Positions 25,726-37,128 of a stretch of 64,000 bases of DNA are shown here, piece after piece; position 1 is the stretch's first letter, and the number at the start of each line of letters is the position of its first letter. The notes below the pieces were generated by a model, which did no database searches, was not told where the DNA came from, and saw nothing but the letters and a program-made list of their open reading frames with translations. Both the position numbers and the translations under genes were made by a program. Where the stretch lies: positions 36,890,001-36,954,000 of the forward strand of contig NC_135763.1 in assembly GCF_052425735.1 (NCBI RefSeq), in the 5' to 3' direction. This stretch comes from Oculina patagonica (lineage: Eukaryota).

Positions 25726-27138
25726 ATGGCGGATTGTAACAGAGCGACGCGAAGAGGCGGACGATATTGCGTTGCTAATGCGCCAAATAACCGAAGCTGC
25801 CAGAACACTACATACACCCCAGGCATAAAAATGCACCAATTTCCGTTAGATCCGGTTTTGAGGAGAAAGTGGGTCCAATTTGTGCAGAGACATCGCGCAG
25901 GTTTTAATGCTACGTCGAAGTACACGTCGCTGTGTTCTGCACATTTCGAGGAGACATGCTACGAGAGGTGTCCTTCATTGCTTGTTAACATGAATTTACC
26001 TGAGGGATCACAACAAAAGTATTTTCTAAAGAAAGGCTCTATTCCTACAAGAGACGTTGTTGTTCCTCCAGCTCCAAAAGTTCTTAGTAAGCGTAGAAAA
26101 AGACAAGTAAGTTGAGAATTTACTCAGTTACCTTTTTTCTTCAATACACGAGCCTGATTTTAAACAGCTTTCAGACATCCCTAGATGAATTCAGATCCCA
26201 GTAGACAACAGCCTAAATGCACTCTTTTTTTCTATATACAATATTGGTTTTCCGGCCCAGGCTGAATTATTTTTCTGTCGATTTTAGGCTGAAAACATTC
26301 TTGTGAATATTCTAAGTTTATAGTGTATGACATTTCCATTTTAGAATGTATTTGGGTATCAGTTACAAGTGTTTGGTGTATAACTTCTTGCAGAAATGTT
26401 ATGTATGTATTAGTCGATTCCAAGTGAGAACATCCCTTTTCCCTCGGGCAGCATTTGTAGGGGCGGAAGGGTGGTGGGGCAGCCAAGGGGGTGGCTTGCG
26501 GGGTGGTCACAGGGGTGATGTATCACTTGTTAAAGAAACATTCTGATTAACATTTTAGACCAATTTAGCAAATTTATGTTTTTGTTGTTTAGATTTGATA
26601 ATTTTTCTTGGTAACCTTAACTTTCCCATTTTGATTCGCTTGCCATGCATCATAGCCAGTTTTCAAACAAACTTTTCAAAATTTATAATATATCGACAGA
26701 TTCTAAAACTTCACAAGAAAGAGGGGGTGGCCTTTCTTTGTCATCAAATACATAAAATAATAAATTATTTAAAGTTCTCTGATTTAATAGAAACTTGTAT
26801 GAATGGAGATGGACTTGTGAGATTAGTGTTTTCTTTGTTCTTGTCATTTTACATACAGTGTTGTGTTTCACTGAACTAATAAGGAAAATAGAGTCAACAA
26901 CCTTCCACAACATGTTAGGAATGCCAATTCGATAGACATTTTTAAAAGACAGCTAAGAACAGTCTTTAAAGCGTGCTTTTTTAAATTGGTAATGTTATTG
27001 TAGTTATTTATTTTAATTTAGCTTTTAGCTTTTTAAATAAAGATTTTTTAGCTTCGTTGATGTTTAATTGTAAATTTTTAATTTTTACCCTGTAAATAGC
27101 GCCTTTGGACCCTTGGGAAAGGGCGCTTCAAAAAATCG

Positions 27139-27170
<32 letters not shown>

Positions 27171-28717
27171 CCGGTATTATTATTAAGTGCCTACTCATTA
27201 GTGGCCAGTTTTCAAAGTCCCGAATTATTGCCAGTATAATAGTGTAACCTTCATTCAGTGGCCACCTCTATTCAGTAACGGCAGCCACCTTTTGGCCGTC
27301 CCATTGGGTGTTTGTCTATTGTTTTTTACCTCTATTAAGCGGCCACCTAGAATTTAGAGCATGAAGTTTGGCCTTGTTTTCAACAACCTAGTGGCAGATA
27401 AGAGTCCGAAATTTGAAATGACGACTGAAAATAAACATTCAAACACACGCTTATTGTCATCTTGACGTGATTCTGTTGTCACTGAGCTAAGTGACAACCT
27501 TTAGATTTCCTGGCAATAAAGTGATGTTTCTACTGGCCTTATGCTAATTTCTGACTAGCCCTAAAAGCAACCAACCTCGTTTAAGCAGCCACTTACCATT
27601 TTTCTCCAAGGGTTGCCACTTAAAGCTGATTTCCAGTCCGTACTGCGCAGACTCGGGGTTTGTTTACGTTTTTTTTTGAATTCGTTGAAACGTTACACTT
27701 CGGTGACAGCATACATGACGTTTTTAGTCCGCCATTACAGTTCGTTTCGTCAAGTTTCCGATGAGCTGAAACTCTTTGAAATAGCGTCAAGGTTCTTCTA
27801 CTCGTTTATTTGTTCTGCAAGGATATCTGGCGTTAATAATGAAGAAAAAGGTAAGTTTGTCGCGGAATTTTTAGGTTTGCTTGTAAACATTCCCTTCGTG
27901 TGGGCTCACATAAACATTGCAGCCGAGATTGCGCAGTACGGACTGGAATTCATCTTTAATAAGGGTTCAAAATGTATAACACATTAAATTTTATAAAGAT
28001 TCAAATGTCTAGATACATGTACCTTATTGTTACTTATTTTCGCGGGTACCGTACTAATTTCGCGAAAATGGAACAGGAATATTCGCGAACTATTTTCGCG
28101 ATTTGGCAAAAATACGTAATTAGCATAAAAAATACAATGGAAATCGTTTAGAATTAATTTTCGCGGGTCTTTAATTTCGCGATCTTTTGAAAATCGCGAA
28201 AATCGCGAAAATTAAGTCCCGCGAAAATAAGTAACAATAAGGTACATGTAGCAACGTATAAGAAATATCCTTTACTATTTCATAATTTCAGCTCAAGCGT
28301 GATGCACTGTCTGAAGTGACTGTGAAGAAAAAAAGAAAAATAAGCACTCAAGAAGTAACTGTGTCTGCACGTGCAAAGGAAAGTGAAGTGATATTTCCAG
28401 CTCCTTCAATTTCTGGCCAGGATCTGAAATTGGAATTGGAAAACTTATTTGAAGGGGAAGAAGCCCTTTTGGTTTCTTCAACGTCTGGCCAAAGTCTGCA
28501 ATTTGCAAATTTATCATCAAGTGTTAAAGAGACAATGCAATCATTATCAGCTGCTCATGTGGAGTCGTCCTTGTCTAAACCTGCTTTCACACCACTCTCG
28601 TCATTGCAGGCGTCAAACATGTGTGCAAGATCAGAAGACTGCGTTCACGAGACCAAACACAAGAATTTGCAGACGATAATCAATAGATTAAGAGAAAAAG
28701 TTACCAAGTTAAAGTAA
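25726..28717 (+). CDS. THAP (C2CH zinc finger) domain protein, ~268 aa; exons 25726-26106 and 28292-28717
   Basis: YCVA...SC...MHQFP...RRKW...LCSAHF...SIPT THAP signature; donor CAA|GTAAGT at 26106, acceptor TTTCAG| at 28291, phase 0; basic patches KRRKR/KKKRK and a C-terminal coiled-coil-like segment. A further exon after 28712 cannot be excluded. Confidence 0.8.
26915..27185 (+). mobile_element. LINE (L2/CR1-like) 3' end remnant
   Basis: stem-loop agcgcctttggacccttgggaaagggcgct followed by a (TAT)n tail; 5' boundary approximate. Confidence 0.45.
28022..28242. mobile_element. Tc1/mariner (pogo-like) MITE in the THAP intron
   Basis: TIRs CCTTATTGTTACTTATTTTCGCGGG / CCCGCGAAAATAAGTAACAATAAGG with TA flanks; internal ttcgcg repeats. 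Confidence 0.8.
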
Positions 28718-29831
28718 TATATCCATTGACCAACCCTCCAAGTTGCAACCATTTTAGTCTCCATGGCGACGTAAATTTTGGAACTGGCGGCTAATTCATA
28801 GAACAAGTAGCCATTCTGGTGACTACATGAAAGACTGCTCTGGAGGTTGAGCAAACTATCATCGAAACTAAAAACTGCTCTGGACCAACTACCACAACAA
28901 CACATCTAATTATTCTTTTTGTTTCTTTTATCAAGTTTTCCCAGGAGAACTTTTGTAGGAAAATTAAATGTTTCCTTCCTTAGATTTACAGATAGAAATG
29001 TTTTGGTAAACAAAAATTTTTATTGGCGACTTCACTTAAATAGATAACCAGGCTAATATCAAACACAAGAGACAGTGTTCCACTGGGATATCCAAACTTT
29101 AAGAAGGCAGTTGAAAATAAAAGACATAGTGGAGTACCAGTATTTTTGACAAAATCTGAGGTGTTTGGATAGCCGTTGAAACCCTTCTCAGTCGAAACAA
29201 AAACTACGAAGACAACAGAGAAATTAAATCATAAAAATCTATGCCAATAAAGACTGGGTATTAATACCTTCTTTCACAGTTATGATTTTCTTTGTTTTAA
29301 CTTGATGAATTTTTAATGAGTTTGAGAAGAAAAGTATCATACAAACTTGAATATTTGAACATATTGCAAATCTGACATGTGGAAATGGAGTGATTAAAAT
29401 ACACATGCCTGACATTCACACTGACTCACATAATTGATATGTAGGAACACCATTACATCTTTTAATATGCTATAAAAAACATTTTGAAAGAAGAAAAACA
29501 TCACTGTTTATTGGTCTCCTTCCTAGGGGAAGAAAATTGACTCATAGTCTGTATTAAAAAATTATGAAAAAGTAATCAACCAGAATAAAAAGGAATGTTA
29601 GCGCAGTTAACTCTGAAAGTACATGATTTTGCCGCCACCTTTCAGATTAAAGAGCCTGTTACTGGATGATAACTTGTAAGTCCTGCCATTATGGCATTGT
29701 AGCTTCCGTATCCTGAGGGATTCTCTTTCCTGCAAAAGAATATACAAAAAAAATTAGTGCAACAACTGTATTAAAGTTAGTAAAGCCTTTTAGCCTTCAA
29801 GATGCAGGATTCTAGATAAATGCGTCTGTAC

Positions 29832-30258
29832 CCCGAGGGGGGGGGGTACTCCAACTTGTAAATGACGGGGATGATCAAATGGAGGCAAAACTCAGGACCC
29901 AAAATAATCCCTAAGTCTTCCGACATTACCCAAAAAAATCCCTGGACCAAAAATAACCCCCCCCAAAAATCCCTTGTCAAATCACCCCTTAATTGCCAGG
30001 AGGGGCAATAATATAACACAAAGAAAACCATAAAAAATTGAATGCTCATCTTTGTTTATTCATCATACCATAAATATGCCAAGGCCGTGCCAAGGCATTT
30101 AAGTTCGTTTTTAATACCCAAAAAAATCCCCTTTTTAAATCAAGACACCCCAAAAAAAGAAAATCCACCCCAAAAAACAGAATCGAAAATTTCAAACCCC
30201 AAAAAATCCTTCGATCATCCCCGTCATTTACAAGCCGGAGTACCCCCCCCCCCCTGGG
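29832..30258. mobile_element. hAT-like MITE with termini similar to 21549-21857
   Basis: GGGGTACTCC..TTGTAAATGACGGGG / CCCCGTCATTTACAAG..GGAGTACCCC; near-TSD gtctgtac/ctctgtac. Confidence 0.7.
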
Positions 30259-30284
30259 CTCTGTACACTTTGGCTTCTCACTTA

Positions 30285-30727
30285 CCGCATTTACTTGAAT
30301 AAGCGCTGCCCCCGAATAAGCGCTGCATTGCTTATTTGAGGAATTCCGTTAAAATAGCACTACAAAGCAACTCTTAAACAAACTTGGACATTTCTTTCCA
30401 TCAAAAGCAATGTTTTGCAGTTAACGTTATTGTTTTACCGCTCGCCCATTATTGTTTCTATCAACATTCTTACACTACGTAGTTCTGTAAATGTTGTGAA
30501 GGCCGCAAACTTTGCCAGAACAGCTAGCGCCACTACTCTCTCCAGCAAGAGACAAATACTGACAATCAAAAGATGCTTTTTTCAATTACTGCAAAAGATT
30601 AGCTTCATTGTGGCATCCATATTTTAAATAGGCGCCTCCCTCAATTAAGCGCCGCCCTCGAATAAGCACTGCACTCGAGGCGCGAAAAATTTAATAAGCG
30701 CCGCGGCGCTAATTCGAGTAAATACGG
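30285..30727. mobile_element. Tc1/mariner (pogo-like) MITE
   Basis: TA|CCGCATTTACTTGAATAAGCGC ... GCGCTAATTCGAGTAAATACGG|TA with internal aataagcgc repeats. Confidence 0.75.
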
Positions 30728-30851
30728 TAATACATTTGTCTCAATTCTTGTTCTAGTATGGAGTGCTTGTTAGTAATTGGCGTAACAGTGTAACAAGATT
30801 CTTTTCTTTTTTATTATTATTATTTTAACAAAATTATATAATTATTTTTGG

Positions 30852-31736
30852 CTATGCACCTTTCATCATTTCATCCACGATCACTTCCAGTTTCCTCAGT
30901 CGCTCTAATAACCTTGGGTGAGTGTAGCCTTTGTCTGAAGATTGCACCCTTGTTGTCCCTCTCTCATGTATGTATCTCATAAAGGAATTAAATCTCATTG
31001 TTTTTAACATCCAATCCACACCGCCTACAGCCATGGCTAGGTCACTTCTAGCACACATTTCGTCCGCTTTGAATTCTTGATAATGATTAAGATAACGCTG
31101 CGCTCTCCAGTAACAAAAATAACTGAGCAAACACAAGCTGATTTTAAAAAAGCCATCCACAATAACTGGAGCTTTAGGTACAAGTTTCCTTGTTCTACTT
31201 GCTACTTCAAATGTAACATACAACCAGGAAGGTGCTAGAAATATCTGAGCAGCCAAATCTGTCCTCTTTATATGACTCAGCTCATGGCCTATAAGGAATG
31301 CGACGCTATCATCCGACAAAATTAGCGTGTCTTTGAATTTACTACCAATCTTGCCTTGCAAGTAGAAAGGAACTTGTGTGTCCTTATGTTGGACTTGTTG
31401 AAACCTTGCAATATCTTGCTCTTGTTTAAAAAAGAACGATAAAGGAACTCCGATGACAGCGCCATTAGGGAGCCACGTGGCTCCTGCAGACATGGGAAAG
31501 AGAGATTTGCAGACAAAGAAGGTTATTTTCTCGTTCTTGTCGTGAATTCCAAGTTTTGGAGCAATTCTTTCAAGCTGTTCCTTGCAGCGCGCGGGGACGG
31601 CTACCTCTGTAGTGTTGACTTTGAGTTCCATTATTCTTTTAACATATTCGTGTGGAAATACATGAGGTACTGCTTTCATACAGACTAAACTTCCAGCTGT
31701 CACACCGACAGCAACCCGCAGAAACATGGAAGACAT
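30852..31736 (-). CDS. TMEM177: TMEM177-like protein C with intact M48 zinc-metalloprotease motifs, intronless, 294 aa
   Basis: PMSAGATWLPNGAVIGVP, GHELSH, QEFKAD, GGVDW, YTHPRLLERL. Confidence 0.87.
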   Translation of the reverse strand: MSSMFLRVAVGVTAGSLVCMKAVPHVFPHEYVKRIMELKVNTTEVAVPARCKEQLERIAPKLGIHDKNEKITFFVCKSLFPMSAGATWLPNGAVIGVPLSFFFKQEQDIARFQQVQHKDTQVPFYLQGKIGSKFKDTLILSDDSVAFLIGHELSHIKRTDLAAQIFLAPSWLYVTFEVASRTRKLVPKAPVIVDGFFKISLCLLSYFCYWRAQRYLNHYQEFKADEMCARSDLAMAVGGVDWMLKTMRFNSFMRYIHERGTTRVQSSDKGYTHPRLLERLRKLEVIVDEMMKGA

Positions 31737-32718
31737 TTTGGAAGGACTGTATCACTGAAATCTGGGAAAATCAAAATGGCGGAGTAAACATGTGAAGGAC
31801 TGAGAACGAGACTAGAGCCCGATACCACTCGGACATTTCCGGCCGAGATTTTTCTACTGCTTTTTCCAAAGTATATCCTTTTGCAAACCATATCTTTGTT
31901 CCTGGGTCTGACTGTCATCCAGTAATCCTGCCGTGAAGTAGTTTAACCATGTTTCTGACCGTGATATGTACCATTGTAGTTGCTCCACTGTTGATTGTTT
32001 TTATATACTGGTAGGTATTGACAACGTTTTTGTTCACATTTATTACTTCCGGTTTTTATTGAGCAGCAGCTAAGCTTTCAGTTTGATATTTATTGTACAA
32101 GATGGTAAAACTAAGTAAAAGCTATATAGTAGAAGGCCAAATAACCCCAGGTTATATTGCCGGATAGGGGTGTGGGTGGGAACCCAGGGGGGAAAGGTGT
32201 AAGGGTACGAGCGATGGAGCATTGTCCCAGGAAGGGGGAGGGGCCACGGGGGGGAGGGGGGAGGGGGGAGGTGCATAGTAGATGAGTCAGAAATGGGGAG
32301 AAATTAATACTTACCTACCTCTTATATTAGTTTTTGAACCAGCCAAAGCTTCCATAATAATTTTAGAGCCATCTAATTAATGCACCTATCAATGTTAAGC
32401 CACCGGGGGGGGGGGGGGGCATAGGCAGGGGATTTGACAGCAGTTGTCTGCCCTTGGTGGGGACTTTTGACCGTTTTAGTTGACTTTCTAACAGAATTTT
32501 ATTGAAGTTTACTGACTTATTTGACCTTCCAAAAAGCCTGCAGTGGGGCATTTGAACATAAAATCTCGGCTATTGAAGTTCAAATGCATGCCCCTCATAA
32601 GCTGAAAGAATTTGTCAGAGTTTACCTTTAAAAATGATGGGTCTTGTGAAGCTACCTGTAACCATTTTCAAAGGATTGTATTTAAAAAGCTTTTATCATC
32701 ATGTACATCAGCAGGCTC

Positions 32719-33817
32719 ATGCAGAATGGAAAATCTTGGAAGGTGACCAGTTTCTTTCAGACAGCCACTTTACGTCTTGAAATGGCACTGAGAGAGTATG
32801 ACGACTTCCTGATCCTACATCTCTTCCAACATCAAAAAATTGTGAGTGCTGTCAAGTGTTTTGGGGTAGACACTGCCAAGCCTTGTGTGCTGATTGGGAG
32901 TGCATTCGAAGGGTGTTATCTTCCAAAGAATTTAAACAGTGAAAAAGGAAGTGCAGTGGAGTTTGACTTCTTTGTTTGTCTGCCGACACCTGTAGCTGGA
33001 GAATCTGCAGGAACTTTACAGTATATGCCTCTAGATGGAAGACCCCATCAAGTGCTTTTGAAGCTTTCAGACCTATCAATCATAGAGTCAGAGTACATTG
33101 GTCTTAAAAGCCCACCATCAAATTTAAGGGGTAGCTTTCTGAAAAAGTGCCAAGATGGTTTTTATCTGAAGAGAAATTTAATGGAAGCCTTTGAGGAAAA
33201 AATCCAGAATTCTCTTGGAAAGGTTCTTGTTGAGAAGCCAGGTGGTATGGAAATAGTGTCAAGGTCTGATTTGGGATGTTATGTCGGACTTCAGGCATCA
33301 CAACATGTGTCATTTTTCAAGCCAATCACAGAGCGCTTGGAGATGTTGCCACTGGATCCGGATACATGGTCAGGTGATGCTATGACAAATGCTCAAATGT
33401 TGTGGGTTAATCTTACAAACTGGAGTTCGTCTTTGTGGCCCACAAGGATTTTCAATGTTCATCTGGCTTTGGAATGTGAATGGCCAGCAGATGCCATAAT
33501 GAACTGGCTTCAAAGGGAACGTTTCTGGCCAAGCGAGAGAACTGTGCAGATAGTTGCTCAGTCGTCTTGCTATCTTCATCCTTTGTGGTGTCAAGAAAAA
33601 GGACGGCTGTCAATTGACAGTGAAGTAATGGCATTTCAGATGACATTTTCAGTAGCAGAATGCTTGCTATTCACAGAAACTGGACCAAAGGAGAGAATGA
33701 GGGTTGTAGTAAGAAATTTGTCTGCCGGTTGTTAAAATTTGGGGGTGGGGGGTTGCGCGGCGGGGTTGGGGGGGGGGGGGGGGGGGCCCCCGGGGGGGGG
33801 CTTGTTTAAAAAAAAAA

Positions 33818-33853
<36 letters not shown>

Positions 33854-34240
33854 CAATGTATGGTTGTTTTGAAGGCTGTTAAGGAAAAGTATTTTCACAA
33901 CTCTCAAGTCCTGACATCTTTTGTCATCAAGGTGGTCTTCTTCTGGCATTTAGAATCTACACCATTGCCTGCTAGACAGGGCATGGGACGAGGAGAACTG
34001 CTCAGTTGTCTCTTGGATAAACTTATAGGTTTTTTGAATGACAACAATTTGCCTCACTTTTTTATCCCTAGTGTCAATCTACTGGAGAGTTTTGATACAG
34101 ATGACATCAATAATACTCTTCGACAGCTGAAGAGAGTGAAAAGAAACTTGTTTGACTATCTTTGCTCTGAATTATTTCAAATTAAATGCTCAAAAACCCT
34201 CAAAGATGATTTTGTTCAAAAAGTGTTGCAGTTCATTTAA
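32719..34240 (+). CDS. Mab-21/cGAS-like nucleotidyltransferase (cGLR) copy 1, frame interrupted at ~33697-33851
   Basis: GSAFEG...EFD catalytic region, WPADAIMNWLQRERFWPS, FQMTFSVAECLL, SFVIKVVFFW, LPHFFIPSVNLL; splice acceptor at 32714 just upstream of the ATG; a poly-G/poly-A stretch shifts the frame. Confidence 0.8.
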
Positions 34241-34440
34241 ACAAAACAAAAAGTTCCAGTTACACTTAGGTCAGAAAAACTGTCAAAAAGACGTAGTTGA
34301 CTGTATATAGGTTTTATGTTACCTATTGAAAACAAGATAACTATAATAAAAATTATAGTAACACTGGTACTAATAAATAGTCATTAAAAAACTCATTAAT
34401 GATTCATAAAGAAAATACAAAAGAAATTAATGTTTAATGA

Positions 34441-34701
34441 CAGGGGCGGATCCAGGATTTCAAAAGGGAGGGTGGATGGCAGACCATTAGGGCCTAACCC
34501 TAACCACAACCCTAAACCTAACCCTAAGTGGCGGCAGACGGCGAAACGTGGCGTAACAACAACCAGACATGAGCGAGAGCTAATTTTTCTTTCTTTCTTT
34601 ATTTTCTATTTTCAAATAAAGTGACATTTCAAATTTTTTTTACTGAAAAATGAGGGGTGGATATCCACCCTATCCACCCCCCCCCCCTGTATCCGCCCCT
34701 G
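34441..34701. mobile_element. hAT-like MITE
   Basis: CAGGGGCGGATCCAGG ... CCTGTATCCGCCCCTG termini; internal (CCTAAC)-like repeats. Confidence 0.6.
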
Positions 34702-35220
34702 AATGAGTGTCTTTATATCTGATAAAGACATGGCTAAACTTTACGTCCAATTTTCTAGGCCAAAATAACCCCAAATCTAAATATTAGTGCAAGAATGAGT
34801 TGATCTACATCAGAAGATTTTTAACCCGTTCAATAAATTCGCAGTTCGTGTTTTATCAAGTCTAAAACACTCGGCTGTGTCTTGTGTTTTAAACTTGATA
34901 AAACACTGCTGCTCATTTATTAAACATTACTAAATAAACATTTTTTCTGGTATGATTTGATATAATTAGTGTTTTCACAACACCCATATAAAGTGTTTAA
35001 TTCAAAAGGGCTGGCGTAAGTGTAAATGTTGTGATAAATGAAGGGAATATTCAGCTACTTGAATTCCATGTTTAACCCCACTCTGCAGTAGAATCCTGAT
35101 TTCTTGAACCACCACGGAGCAAGAAACTAGTGGAAAGTTACGTGTAGTTTGACTGAGTGAAGCAAATATAACTTTTGGTTCAACAATATATTGATAAATA
35201 TTTATTTTTTTAGGTATTTT

Positions 35221-36552
35221 ATGAGAAAGAGATCATCACAAGTTCTACAGCTGGAGAGAGCTTTGTTCAAGTATGACAATTTTCTGCTGCTGAACATGGT
35301 CCAGCACAAATTAATTTTTGAAGCAATAAAAGAACAGCGAATATTAAGACAACTCCAACGATGTGTCTTACCAGTGGGAAGCATGTTCGAAGGCTGTCAC
35401 ATAGCTGAGTGCCCCAGTGGCGGGCAAATATCACAAGAAATGGATTTCATGCTTATTTTACCAGATATTACTGCAACTGCAGGTGATAGTGAAGCATTAC
35501 AGTTTGCTTCCGTGGAAGGTCCAAATCCAGGGTACGTTAATTTGAAAGTACTAGATGCCACTCAGATCACACTCTAGGATGCCCCGGTCATCCAAGAACT
35601 ATCTGACCCACTTACAATGCTTTATGAAATTCATAATGAGGAACTGTTCCTTTCACATAAATTTGTCAGGATGTTTGAGCGACGAGTAGAGTACGCAGTG
35701 TCTCATGTGATGGGAACAAAGTTCACAAGGACCCAAGGTCTTGAGCTTGGAATGAAGAGGAAAAATATAAATGACTTTTATCCCGTCATGACTATTTTCT
35801 TCAAAGAGCCCATCAACTGTCTCATTTGGCCTGAGTCAACAGCTTGGCCAGATTCTGCATTAGGAGCGCTCTTTGACACACTGTCAGTTATCCAAGGCTC
35901 GCAGGATACAACAGCCTGGCAAAATCAAATTATCGACATAGCACCTGCTATACAGAGTGATGTTCCTGCACATGTCAAAGATACGTGGCTTAAAAGAAGA
36001 AGGTATTGGCCTGATCAAGGTCTTGTAGAAAAAATCTCCAGTCTTCCATGCTACTTGCTGGCAAAGCCACATTCTCTTACCACAAACAAGCTGTTAGAAT
36101 GGCGATTTAGCTTCAGTTCCGCAGAGCTTCTTCTGAGTTCTGCCATCAAACCATGGCAAAAGCAAACACTAATGGTGCTTAAAGCCCTGCGAAGAAAATA
36201 CCTGCAAGAACCAAAGGTTGTTGCTTCTTATCATTTGAAAACTGTTCTTTTTTGGGTCCTTGAGTCCTTGCCTGATCAGATACGAGAATCTTGTTGTCGA
36301 GCTGCCTTGCTACAAATGCTTCTCGATAAACTGATATCATGTGTGAAAGAAAGAAATTTACCTCACTATTTTATCCCAGAAAATAATATGTTTAGCCACT
36401 ATGAAGATGATGACCTTAACACAGTCTTGTTGAAAGTCCAAGATATGCAGAAAAATCTGTTGCTTTATCTTACAGAAGACTTGTTCACAACTGCTGTAAC
36501 AGAGGAAAGAGAAGAGAAAGAATTTCAAGAAACTTATTGGGGAGTCATATAA
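35221..36552 (+). pseudogene. Mab-21/cGAS-like nucleotidyltransferase (cGLR) copy 2 with one in-frame TAG at 35575-35577
   Basis: GSMFEG...EMD, PGYVNL, IDIAPAI, WLKRRRYWP, LEWRFSFSSAELLL, SYHLKTVLFW, LPHYFIPENNMF; ORFs 35191-35577 and 35617-36552 share a frame and are separated only by TAG; acceptor TTTTTAG| at 35213. Confidence 0.8.
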
Positions 36553-37128
36553 CATTGTCTCTAAAGGAAGCTTGAAACTTATTACAAACTCAAGTCTTTT
36601 TTTCACACTTGGAAACCAGTTTTATTATAGGATGCATAATGTTTGCTTGATGAAATGTATACTATTTACAAGGCTAAAAGGAAATAAAGTAAATTGTAAA
36701 TAGCATACAGTTTTATTATGTTGACTCAAAAATGATGGCAGGGCGGGATCTCTCTAGGGATTCAACCATTACGCATATCCCCTGTTCATGAAATACTGGA
36801 TTCATCCCTCTTGCTTAGTAACTAGAAAAAAATTAAGCTTGTTTGAACTTTTCCCAAAACTGGGGTCAAAACTACTAATGTTTTCTTATAGCCACATGCA
36901 CAGCCTGTAAGTTCAAGTCAGCCATGCCACGTTCTGTTGCCATAGGCAGATACCTTTGGAACCAGGGAAAGTGTCCAATTATTAAGAGAGGTGTCCACTA
37001 GGCCCATGACTAGCTAAGTGTCCACTTACAGAGTGTCTGCCACACGAGTATGTCACTCATTTTTGAACGTATTAAGATTGTAAACATTCACCAACAGTTG
37101 CAGTTGTATCCCCGATTGGGCTGGGTTT

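Noticed and set aside
31773-31790. AAAATGGCGGA|GTAAAC as a coding micro-exon in phase with both cGLR acceptors
   Set aside because: Only 40 bp from the TMEM177-C ATG, and the same motif sits upstream of TMEM177-A (~22797), so it is more likely a YY1-type promoter element; the donor is weak
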